A stretch of DNA of 64,000 bases from Candidatus Oxydemutatoraceae bacterium (GTDB lineage Bacteria; Pseudomonadota; Gammaproteobacteria; Poriferisulfidales; Oxydemutatoraceae). The notes beneath the pieces are model-generated. The model saw nothing but the letters and a program-made list of their open reading frames with translations. It had not been told where the DNA came from and made no database searches. Position 1 is the first letter of the stretch. Each line of letters opens with the position of its first letter. The translations under genes were made by a program, and so were the position numbers. Shown piece after piece: positions 9,454-18,390 of this stretch. The stretch is taken from contig CBDCOZ010000003.1 in NCBI GenBank assembly GCA_965220085.1, positions 608,001 to 672,000 of the forward strand. Direction: 5' to 3'.

Positions 9454-12400
9454 ATGAATAGACAAGCTTTTAATACTGCCCCCCCCCTCCCCCCCCACCT
9501 AGCGTACACGCAGGCAGGGCAACGATGGCCCTGCGTAGCCTCATCTGGCTGCCAGTTGCGCTATGCGCTCAAATCTGGGCGGGCACTGATGCCGTCGCTC
9601 AGTCCAAACCGGAAGCCGGCATCGCCACCGTCATGGTGTCCATCAGGGCCACCGCCGACAGCCCATATGTATTCAAGCTGGCCGACTTCCCTTTCGAAGA
9701 TGCCGATGACGACGCATTGACCGCCGTAGAGATAAGGAGTGTGCCGGGCACTGGCACATTGCGGGTGGGGTCCGCCGCCGCCACGGTCGGCCAGACTGTG
9801 ATGCGCGCCAGCATAGTCTCAGGCTCCATCACCTATTATCCGTCGTCGGCACCTCGTGTCACCAGCTTTTTCTACCGAGTGTACGCTGGCGGCGAGTCTT
9901 CCGATAATTTGGGCACCGTCAACATCGTTTTGTTTGACCCGCCAAACTCCTCCCCCCACCGGCACCTTGGGCATAGCCGCCCGCATCGAGCCTGCCACCA
10001 CCTGGACCGAGGACTCGCGCATAACAGCCACCGTAGGCTCGGTCGCCGATGACGACGGCATAAACGCTGGCTCCACGTCCTGGAAGTGGCAGCAGGCCGC
10101 GCCGATCAACGACGCGGCACCCGCCGATGACAGCGCGAGCTGGAGCGACATACCTGGCGCGACCAACTTCTCTTTCACCCCCCTGCAAACCCATGTGGGC
10201 AACTATGTGCGCGCCTGCTACAGCTTCACCGACGAGTACCACATTCCCGCGACCTACACCATCTGCACCCTCAACAGGCTGGTGACCAATGTCAGCGATG
10301 CCCCCACCGGCAGCGATACCACCGTCAATGTGCCCCTTGGCGCCAGTTCCGCTTCCCCGCATGATTTTGACTTGAGCGACTTTCCCTTTTCCGATACCGA
10401 GGACGGCGATGCCTTCAACGGCATCCGTCTGGCCACCCTGCCATCTGCGGGCACTCTGGTGGTGACCAGCAATACCGACCTGACCATCGACCAGGGCACC
10501 AATCTCAGCTTGGCGCAACTGAGTGATCTGGCCTATTACCCCAGCGACGGCGCCACCGCCGGGACCAACCGCGACAGATTCACCTACAAAGTGACAGACA
10601 CCGGCAACGATGCCGCCACCGATGGCGCCATCGCCAACACCGCCGCCACCGCCGCCACGCTGACCATCAATCTGGTGGACGACCCGGCTACCGGCATGCC
10701 CGCGCTGGCCTACGCCAGCGGCATAACAGTCCCCACCGAGGACAGCCCCATAACCGCATCCCAAGGCACCATAGCCGATCCCAGCAACACCCCGCCCACC
10801 AGCATCGGCACCATCAACTGGCAATGGAGCCAGGCCGACAGTGACGGCGGCATCTACACCGACATATCCGCGGCCACCAATGCCGCTTTCACCCCCGGCG
10901 ATGCTCAGGTGGGCATGTTTTTGCAGGTCTGCGCATCGTTCACCGACAGCGACGGCGATAACGAGAGTCGCTGTCGGCAAATACCCACCGCCGTCGCCAA
11001 CATCAATGACCCTGCCGCCGGTGCGGTGGCCATCAGCACCGCCGACGGCGCCCTCAGCGGCGCGCCGGACGAGGATGCGGCCCTCACCGCCAGCGCGGCC
11101 GGCATAACCGACCCCGATGGCACCGCCAACATTGCCGGCAGCCTGCGATGGCATTGGCGCGAAGATGGCCGGGGCAACGGCGTATTCGCCGATATAGAGG
11201 GGGCCACCGGCGCCGCCTTCACCCCCTTGCAGGCGCAGGTGGGCAACGCCCTGCGGGTCTGCGCCAGTTTCACCGATGACAGAGGCAGCCGGGAAAATCT
11301 TTGCATCACCACCGAGCCGGTTGCCAACACCAACGATGCGCCGATGGCACAGCGCCGCAGAATCTCAGTGTCCGTCGCCGCCAATGCCAGCGCCCCCTAC
11401 GCATTCCGCCCTCAGGACTTTCCGTTCACCGATGACGATGACGACAACCTGGCCGGCATCATATTGAGAGACCTGCCCGGTGCGGGCACCATGGCTCTGG
11501 ATGGCACCGCCTTGACCGCCGTCCCCACAGAGACCATAACAGTGGCCCAACTGCAGGCTGGCACCCTCACATATTGGCCGGAGACGGGGCAGCAACCCAC
11601 CAGATTAGACACGTTGGATGCATCCTATAGCCTCTTCAGGGCCAGGGTGGTGGACGATGGCGACGGCCCGGGCGGCGATGTCGATGCCGACAAAACCAGC
11701 GACATAAGCGGTCTCCTCGCTCACATCCGCCTGGTGCAGGCGGAACAAGCCAAAGCCACTGGCGGGCCTCGGGTAAGTGTGCACAATGTTGGCGTGGCCG
11801 CCGTCTGCCCCGAGGGTAGCGAACTGCAGGTCCGCATCGATGGCATAGTTGAGCCCAACGGCATAGACGAGAGCACTGTGATGTGGCAATGGCAACAATC
11901 CGCCCGCGCCGACGGCGGCTTTGTCGACATAGCGGGCGCGACCGCCGCCACCCTCACCCTGACCCAGGCCCAGGTGGGAATGCACATACGCGCCTGCGCT
12001 ACCTTTATGGACCACCACCCCACAGCCCCGGCGCGGGAGAGTCTCTGTAGCTCCCCGGTGCGAACCAATAACGCGCCGAGGGCTCTGGACAGCGTGGCGC
12101 TCGTACCCACCGCGGCCACCGTAGCAGCGCCTTATGTGTTTAGGGCGAGCAACTTTCGCTTTGCCGATGCGGACATCGGCAGTGGTGCGGCCGGCGGCTC
12201 TCTGGCAAGTGTCACAATCACCGGCGCGCCAAACCGGGGTACCTTGCGCGCGGGGACGACGACCATCACCACAAGCAATGTGCCGCACGAGGTAAGCAAC
12301 ATCTCCACGCTCACCTACTATCAGGAGGATGGCGATGATGAGCCTATGCGAGACTATGCCCGATTCCGATTCACTGTCAGCGACGGCATAGAGAGCAGCG

Positions 12401-12480
12401 CCGCCGCCACGATGCGCATAGACTTGGGGGACAGCCTGCGCTTGCGCTTGCGCGTCTTCCTTGAGGGGCCGCTACGGTAG
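9454..12480 (+). pseudogene. FLEGPLR-family secreted modular protein, locus 1 (frameshifted, putative OFF state)
   Basis: Leader ATG 9454 is out of frame with the signal-peptide ORF at 9525; second frameshift at C6 9952-9957 into ORF 9856-12480; modules A-B-A-B-B-A-B-A; ends LRLRLRVFLEGPLR*. Confidence 0.75.
9479..9496 (+). repeat. Poly-C tract C9-T-C8 in the leader of locus 1
   Basis: Counted directly; lies between SD(9441)/ATG(9454) and the signal-peptide ATG(9525). Confidence 0.9.
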
Positions 12481-12599
12481 TGCGGGTACCCAACGACCAC
12501 ACTACGGCCTGAAACCTCAAGCGCTATGGCATAGCACAATATTTGTCTCAGGTGTCCGATATGTCATGGCCTCAAACAGTCATGGCGTCATACGGCGGA

Positions 12600-12627
12600 T
12601 TGACGCAAGCCATATTTTCCTTATAAT
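12600..12627 (+). promoter_or_regulatory. Putative sigma70 promoter of the rpsF operon
   Basis: TTGACG-N16-TATAAT, 45 nt upstream of the rpsF ATG. Confidence 0.65.
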
Positions 12628-12672
12628 GCTCCCCTTCTATGTTTACCGAAGCAAAGCGAAGCGCTCATTAAA

Positions 12673-13512
12673 ATGAGACATTATGAAATTGTATTTTTAG
12701 TGCATCCGGGGCAAACCGATCAGGTGCCGGAGATGATTAACCGCTACTGTGCGCTTGTCACAGACGGCGGCGGCAAAGTACACCGTCTGGAAAACTGGGG
12801 GTTGCGCAACTTGGCGTATCCGATCAGAAAGGAAGACAAAGCGCACTATGTCTTGATGAACATTGAATGCCTGCATGAGGCTTTGGACGAAATCAAGAAT
12901 TCCTTCCAGTTCAATGATGCGATTATCAGAGACATGATAGTCCGTTGTGACGAAGCGGTTACCGACGCGTCAACCATCATGAACGCCACGACTCGCGAAG
13001 CGGAAAAGGCGGCACAGGAAGCACAAGCCGCACAGGCAGAGCAAGCGGCACAGACAGGGCAAGCCGCACAGGCAGAACAAGCGGCACAGACAGGGCAAGC
13101 CGCACAGGCAGAGCAAGCGGCACAGGCAGAGCAAGCGGCACAGGCAGAGCAAGCGGCACAGGCAGAGCAAGCCGCACAGGCAGAGCAAGCCGCACAGGCA
13201 GAACAAGCCGCACAGGCAGAACAAGCCGCGCAGGGAACGCAAGCCGCACAGGCAGAGCAAGCCGCACAGGCAGAACAAGCCGCGCAGGCAGAGCAAGCCG
13301 CGCAGGCAGAGCAAGCGGCACAGGCAGAGCAAGCCGCACAGCCAGAACAAGCCGCGCAGGCAGAGCAAGCGGCACAGACAGAACAAGCCGCACAGGCAGA
13401 GCAAGCGGCACAGGCAGAGCAAGCGGCACAGGCAGAGCAAGCGGCACAGGCAGAACAAGCGGCACAGCCAGGGCAAGCCGCGCAGACAGAACCTACGGTA
13501 TCGGCGAAATGA
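12673..13512 (+). CDS. rpsF: 30S ribosomal protein S6 with a long C-terminal repeat tail
   Basis: [22 protein letters not shown] and AHYVLMN motifs; rpsF-rpsR-rplI order. Confidence 0.96.
   Translation: MRHYEIVFLVHPGQTDQVPEMINRYCALVTDGGGKVHRLENWGLRNLAYPIRKEDKAHYVLMNIECLHEALDEIKNSFQFNDAIIRDMIVRCDEAVTDASTIMNATTREAEKAAQEAQAAQAEQAAQTGQAAQAEQAAQTGQAAQAEQAAQAEQAAQAEQAAQAEQAAQAEQAAQAEQAAQAEQAAQGTQAAQAEQAAQAEQAAQAEQAAQAEQAAQAEQAAQPEQAAQAEQAAQTEQAAQAEQAAQAEQAAQAEQAAQAEQAAQPGQAAQTEPTVSAK
13009..13494 (+). repeat. 27 x 18-bp coding tandem repeat (AAQxxQ)
   Basis: 162 aa of AAQAEQ-type units in the S6 tail. Confidence 0.95.
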
Positions 13513-13766
13513 TCAGTTCGGGCAAAAAAAGGCCGTCGCCAAACTACCGAAAGAGAGTGCAGAGACAATGCCGCTTTACGAAAGAGGGCATCACCCGCAT
13601 AGACTACAAGGACATTGATTTGCTCAAGGATTACATCACCGAAACAGGCAAGATTGTTTCCGGTCGGGTAACCGGCACCCGGGCAATTTATCAGCGTCAA
13701 TTGGCCGTCGCAATCAAACGCGCCCGTTATATCGCCTTGCTTCCGTATACCGATCGGCATCACTAA
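13509..13766 (+). CDS. rpsR: 30S ribosomal protein S18
   Basis: [14 protein letters not shown] and [19 protein letters not shown] motifs. Confidence 0.97.
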   Translation: MISSGKKRPSPNYRKRVQRQCRFTKEGITRIDYKDIDLLKDYITETGKIVSGRVTGTRAIYQRQLAVAIKRARYIALLPYTDRHH

Positions 13767-13862
13767 TCCGTATTCCCCCGCATATTCCCAAAGCGCGCGA
13801 CACACCCGCATATTCGGTTGCCGGGCGGCTGTCGGCGTTGCTGTCTCTTTGCTAGGCGAGAT

Positions 13863-14768
13863 ATGAAGAATATTGTCGTATCAATCACATCCGGCTACTC
13901 TCGCACAGTGTCGGCCATGGTTGTCTCCGCCTTTTTGTCGGGGCTGATTCCGCCGTTCGCATTGGTCAGCGGCGCGCTGCCGGCGTTGGTGACGCTGCGC
14001 TTTGGTTGGCGGCGCAGCATCAGCGTCGCAGTCGGCGCGCTGCTCGCCGTCACCCTCTTCATGCTTGCGGCAACACTGGTCGGCTGGCACATCGGATATG
14101 CGGCATTGCTGTGGATTCCTCTGACGCAATGGTTGCCGGCGATCTTCTTTGCGGAGATTCTCAGAAGGATGCGCTCGCTCGCGCACTTTATGTATGTGTT
14201 TGCGCTGGCGGGCGCGCTCTTGTTTTTTACCGTGCTCGCTTTCTTCCCCGGCATCGATGGTTATTGGCGAGAGGCATACGCCGCAATCGCTCCCATGTTG
14301 GAAAACAGCGGAGGGCTGCCGGCCGCCCAAGCGCCGCCCTACTTTTTTTCAATATTCACGGGGGTTCTCATATCTTCTTTTCTGATGATGTGGTCATTGA
14401 TGTTATTATTAGGCCGCTGGTGGCAATCATTGCTGGATTGTCCGGGCGGGTTTGGCGATGAATTCACCCGAATCTCAATAGACAAAAAATACGCTTTGGG
14501 AATCATCGCCTTGTTGACCGTCTGGCTGGCGGCAGAGACACCGATTGTGATGCAGTTATGCGTGATCATGGTCATCCCGGCATTGGTATTGCACGGAGTG
14601 GCGGTTTGGCATTTCCTGTTGGGTCGGTGTCAAAGCAGGATGGGTCACATACTGTTTTATGTTTCATTGATATTCGCTATGGTTGTCCCGTGGTTGATAT
14701 TGATATTGGTTCTGACAAGCATAGCAGAAAGTTTCGCGCGGCTACGCGAGAGGCTTTCCGAAGCATAG
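13863..14768 (+). CDS. Multi-pass membrane protein, DUF2232/YybS-like
   Basis: Highly hydrophobic; LLGRWWQSLL..PGGFGDEF motif; conserved position between rpsR and rplI. Confidence 0.75.
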   Translation: MKNIVVSITSGYSRTVSAMVVSAFLSGLIPPFALVSGALPALVTLRFGWRRSISVAVGALLAVTLFMLAATLVGWHIGYAALLWIPLTQWLPAIFFAEILRRMRSLAHFMYVFALAGALLFFTVLAFFPGIDGYWREAYAAIAPMLENSGGLPAAQAPPYFFSIFTGVLISSFLMMWSLMLLLGRWWQSLLDCPGGFGDEFTRISIDKKYALGIIALLTVWLAAETPIVMQLCVIMVIPALVLHGVAVWHFLLGRCQSRMGHILFYVSLIFAMVVPWLILILVLTSIAESFARLRERLSEA

Positions 14769-14779
14769 GAGGGAAAAAA

Positions 14780-15304
14780 ATGGAAGTCATGCTTCTGACA
14801 AAAATCGAGAATCTCGGAGAATTGGGCGATCTCGTCGACGTAAAGCCGGGCTATGCCCGCAATTACCTGTTGCCGTATGGCAAAGCGCAGGAAGCCACAC
14901 CCGAGAATATTGCCGAACTTGAGGCGCGCAAAGCCGTGCTGAGAGCGGAGTTGGAGAAGGAGAGAGAAGAGGCGCGCGCCAAAGCGGAAAAAATGGGCGG
15001 CAACGCCATAGAGTTTCTGGTCGGCAATGTCAACGAAGAAGGCGAGTTGGCCGGTTCAATCGGCACGACCGATATCGTGACAAAAGTTCGCGAAACATGC
15101 GGCATTGAAATAGAAAGAAGTCAGGTGCGCTTATCGAGCGGCGTACTGCGCAAGGTCGGCGAATACAGTGTGACCGTGCACTTACACGCGGATGTGGATG
15201 CGCAGGTCACGGTCAATATTGTTGACAAAGACGCGGACAAGAAAAAGAGGGCAGACAGCGACAAGGATAGCGACGACGGCGATGGCGGCAGTTCCCCCGA
15301 TTGA
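14780..15304 (+). CDS. rplI: 50S ribosomal protein L9
   Basis: MEVMLL..IENLG.LGDLVDVKPGYARNYLLP; AGGAGG SD. Confidence 0.96.
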   Translation: MEVMLLTKIENLGELGDLVDVKPGYARNYLLPYGKAQEATPENIAELEARKAVLRAELEKEREEARAKAEKMGGNAIEFLVGNVNEEGELAGSIGTTDIVTKVRETCGIEIERSQVRLSSGVLRKVGEYSVTVHLHADVDAQVTVNIVDKDADKKKRADSDKDSDDGDGGSSPD

Positions 15305-16724
15305 ATACGGCAATTCCGAAGTCGCCTCGCTGCGTACCCCGCCCCATTCCATAGAGGCCGAGCAGGCGGTCATCGGCGGCTTGTTGCTGGACAGCGTGGC
15401 GTGGGAAAGAATTGCCGGCATTCTGACGAAGCAAGACTTTTATGTCGCCAATCACGGCTTGCTGTTTGAGGCGATTGAGAAACTGATCGAAAACAACCGC
15501 CCCTGCGATGTGATCACGGTTGCCGAGTCGCTAAAAGGCAAGATACCCGGCGACGAAGCCCAGTTTATGCTCGATCTCGCCACCCTCGCCAAAGACACCC
15601 CGAGCGCCGCCAACATAAGCGCGTATGCGCAGATCGTGCACCGGGATTCCATGCGGCGCAAGCTGCTCGGCGTTGCGACAAAAATTATTGAGGACGCCTA
15701 TAACCCGCCCGTAGACGGCGGCGAGAATCTGGTCGATGTCGCCGAACAGCAGATTTTCAACCTGAACGAACACGGCCGCAAGACGGTTGACTTTCAAACG
15801 CTGAATGAACTTAGCCGCCTGGTGCACGAGCAAACCGTGAAACGTTCTCAGCAGGGCGGAGAAATCGTCGGGCTGGCGACGGGTTTCCCCGCGATAGACG
15901 AGCAAACCAACGGTTTGCAACAGGGAGATTTAATCATCATTGCCGGTCGGCCTTCCATGGGCAAGACCAGTTTGGCTTTGAACATCGCCGAACATGTCGC
16001 GCTCAAAGAGGAAAAGCCGGTTGCGATTTTCAGTCTGGAAATGCCCGCCAACCAGATTGTGACCCGCTTCTTTTCTTCGTACGGGAGAATCAATCAAGGG
16101 CGCATTCGCACCGGCAACTTGAACGATGACGAATGGGCGAGAATGACGCAGACGCACAAGGACTTTTGGGATAAGCCGCTGTATATTGACGACAGTTCCG
16201 CCCTGACCCCGCTGGATGTGCGAGCGCGTGTGCGGCGTTTGAAGCGCGAGGTGAATGATATGGCGCTCGTCGTAATCGACTACCTGCAACTGATGACGAC
16301 AGAAGGCAATACCGAGAACCGCGCGGTGGAGATTTCAAAGATTTCTCGCGCATTGAAAGCGCTCGCCAAGGAGGTCAATGTGCCGGTCATCGCGCTGTCC
16401 CAGCTCAACCGCAATCCGGAGACCCGCCAGAATCAGAAACCCCAGTTATCCGATCTGCGCGAATCGGGCGCGATCGAGCAAGACGCCGATTTGGTCGCGA
16501 TGATTTACCGCGAGGGCGCCGATTCTATGGCGGAGGGCAATCAGCAGAGCGACAAGGTGTCCATCGTCGATGTGGTCAAGCATCGCAACGGCCCGACCTT
16601 TGTCCGCAAACTGGTTTTTCAAGGTCAGTTCACAAGATTCAGGGAGTATGCGCCGGATGAGATGTTGTCGGAAGTGCCGCCATCGGCTGTGCACAACACT
16701 TATGTGACCGAATTTGACGATTGA
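15282..16724 (+). CDS. dnaB: Replicative DNA helicase
   Basis: PPHSIEAEQ, GRPSMGKT, IDYLQL and SDLRESGAIEQDAD motifs; no intein seen. Confidence 0.97.
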   Translation: MAAVPPIEYGNSEVASLRTPPHSIEAEQAVIGGLLLDSVAWERIAGILTKQDFYVANHGLLFEAIEKLIENNRPCDVITVAESLKGKIPGDEAQFMLDLATLAKDTPSAANISAYAQIVHRDSMRRKLLGVATKIIEDAYNPPVDGGENLVDVAEQQIFNLNEHGRKTVDFQTLNELSRLVHEQTVKRSQQGGEIVGLATGFPAIDEQTNGLQQGDLIIIAGRPSMGKTSLALNIAEHVALKEEKPVAIFSLEMPANQIVTRFFSSYGRINQGRIRTGNLNDDEWARMTQTHKDFWDKPLYIDDSSALTPLDVRARVRRLKREVNDMALVVIDYLQLMTTEGNTENRAVEISKISRALKALAKEVNVPVIALSQLNRNPETRQNQKPQLSDLRESGAIEQDADLVAMIYREGADSMAEGNQQSDKVSIVDVVKHRNGPTFVRKLVFQGQFTRFREYAPDEMLSEVPPSAVHNTYVTEFDD

Positions 16725-16825
16725 TTGTTTATATTGTTCTCCCCCCGGAACCTCTCCCCGATACCTTCGCTATGCCTTGAGCAATACTGCGGCGGGCTAA
16801 GAGACATTCTCAGCCGCCTCGTCTT

Positions 16826-17920
16826 ATGCGTCTTATGTCACGTCCTTTGATAAAAAGCATAGACCTCGACTCTCTGGTCTCTAACTGCGCCTATATGAAA
16901 AAAGTGTGCAAAGACTCTCGGCTGATGGTCGTCGTAAAGTCGGATGCGTACGGGCACGGCTTGTTGCAAGTATCCAAAGCGCTGACCGAGGCGGATGGTT
17001 TTGCGGTCGCCTGCATCAGCGAGGCGATTGCGCTGCGGCGGGCGGGCATCGCACAGAAGATACTCGTGTTACAAGGGTGCTCTGCCGAGAGCGAAGCGGA
17101 CAGCGCCCGCGAATACGGCCTCAGTGTGGTCTGTCACCACCAGGCGCAACTGGAGTGGCTCAAGCGCAGCAAAGGGGAAGGGGCAGAAGTATGGATCAAG
17201 TTTGATACGGGCATGCACCGGCTGGGATTTATGCCGCAGTCTCACGCGCAAGTGATGGCCGGCGTTGCGCAACTGTCCAAACTGCCGTCGCCGCCTGTCC
17301 TGATGTCACATTTCGCTTGTGCCGATGATTGGGACGAACCATACATGCGGTGCCAGATCGATACCTTTAACAAGATAATCTCTCATTACAAGGAACAAGA
17401 GTTTCTGATTTCCCTAGCCAATTCCGCCGCCGCATTGAAGGATCCGCAACTGCATGGCGATTGGGTGCGGTCGGGGATTGCCGTCTATGGCTGTCCGCCG
17501 ACGGGGACCGACACGGAGCACGGTGATCATCTTTCTGCGGTGATGTCTTTGACCGCCCCGGTCATCGCGACGAAGGATTTAAAGCAAGGTTCCCGCATAG
17601 GTTACGGCGGAGAGTATGTATGCGACAAAGCGACCCGCATCGGCATTTTGGCGGCAGGTTACGGAGACGGTTATCTGCGCCGCGCACAATCAGGCGCGCC
17701 GGTATGGATAAACGGCAGTCGCTACCCGTTAGTCGGTCGCGTATCCATGGACATGGCAGAAGTTGATTTGGGCGATTCCGATGTTCGGATAGGCGATATT
17801 GCCGAGTTATGGGGCAAGAATTTGCCGGTGTCCCAAGTGGCGGCTCACTGCGACACGATACCGTATGAGTTGCTGTGCGGCGTCAGCGGGACAAGCGCTT
17901 CTTGGGGGGCTGATACTTGA
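16826..17920 (+). CDS. alr: Alanine racemase
   Basis: VVKSDAYGHG, DTGMHRLG, GYGDGY and GRVSMDM motifs. Confidence 0.96.
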   Translation: MRLMSRPLIKSIDLDSLVSNCAYMKKVCKDSRLMVVVKSDAYGHGLLQVSKALTEADGFAVACISEAIALRRAGIAQKILVLQGCSAESEADSAREYGLSVVCHHQAQLEWLKRSKGEGAEVWIKFDTGMHRLGFMPQSHAQVMAGVAQLSKLPSPPVLMSHFACADDWDEPYMRCQIDTFNKIISHYKEQEFLISLANSAAALKDPQLHGDWVRSGIAVYGCPPTGTDTEHGDHLSAVMSLTAPVIATKDLKQGSRIGYGGEYVCDKATRIGILAAGYGDGYLRRAQSGAPVWINGSRYPLVGRVSMDMAEVDLGDSDVRIGDIAELWGKNLPVSQVAAHCDTIPYELLCGVSGTSASWGADT

Positions 17921-18081
17921 CTCAAACTGTTGTAAAATGGCGACATTTGATGCTATTTTCACGCATAGTAGCGGCAGGGGGCGGAGTAATACCGCTGTGC
18001 CGCCAATCCCCGCCTACATAATCGTGCGAGCAGGCGCACCGGAGAAGGGATATTATGGGGGGCGCGCAAAGGGAGTAAAAA

Positions 18082-18292
18082 GCGCTTGCAAATGACTTGT
18101 GCTATGGTATAGTGCGACAGAATCCCATACGGGAGGAGAATAACTTGCAAATGACTTGTGCTATGGTATAGTGCGATACTCGTTGTAAATTTCATTCGCT
18201 AAACGCAGGAGAAAAGGTATTTGCAAATGACTCACACTTTGTGATATAGCGCAACACTCATCGTACGACTGCATTCGCCAAACAGGAGGCAT
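18082..18292 (+). promoter_or_regulatory. Three tandem promoter+UTR+SD units for FLEGPLR-family locus 2
   Basis: TTGCAA at 18086, 18145 and 18221, each followed by TATAGT/TATAGC; each unit ends in a GGAG-type SD; the first two units share an exact run of about 33 bp. Confidence 0.65.
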
Positions 18293-18340
18293 ATGCACCA
18301 GGATAACATATTATTAATATACAAATATTTAATTATGCTA

Positions 18341-18362
18341 CCCCCCCCCCCCCCTCCCCCCC
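18341..18362 (+). repeat. Poly-C tract C14-T-C7 in the leader of locus 2
   Basis: Counted directly; between AGGAGG(18284)/ATG(18293) and ATG(18391). Confidence 0.9.
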
Positions 18363-18390
18363 GCTCCCCAGTGCGCATCAGCGGACAACG

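Noticed and set aside
12846-13811. Cys-rich minus-strand ORFs (ACSACA repeats), and the similar Arg-rich ORFs over scpB and at 40365-41132
   Set aside because: These are shadow frames of tandem repeats that lack stop codons.
18082-18292. Possible mini-CRISPR (33-bp repeats with intervening segments)
   Set aside because: The intervening segments resemble each other and end in SD-like sequences, and the repeat itself looks like -35/-10 boxes.
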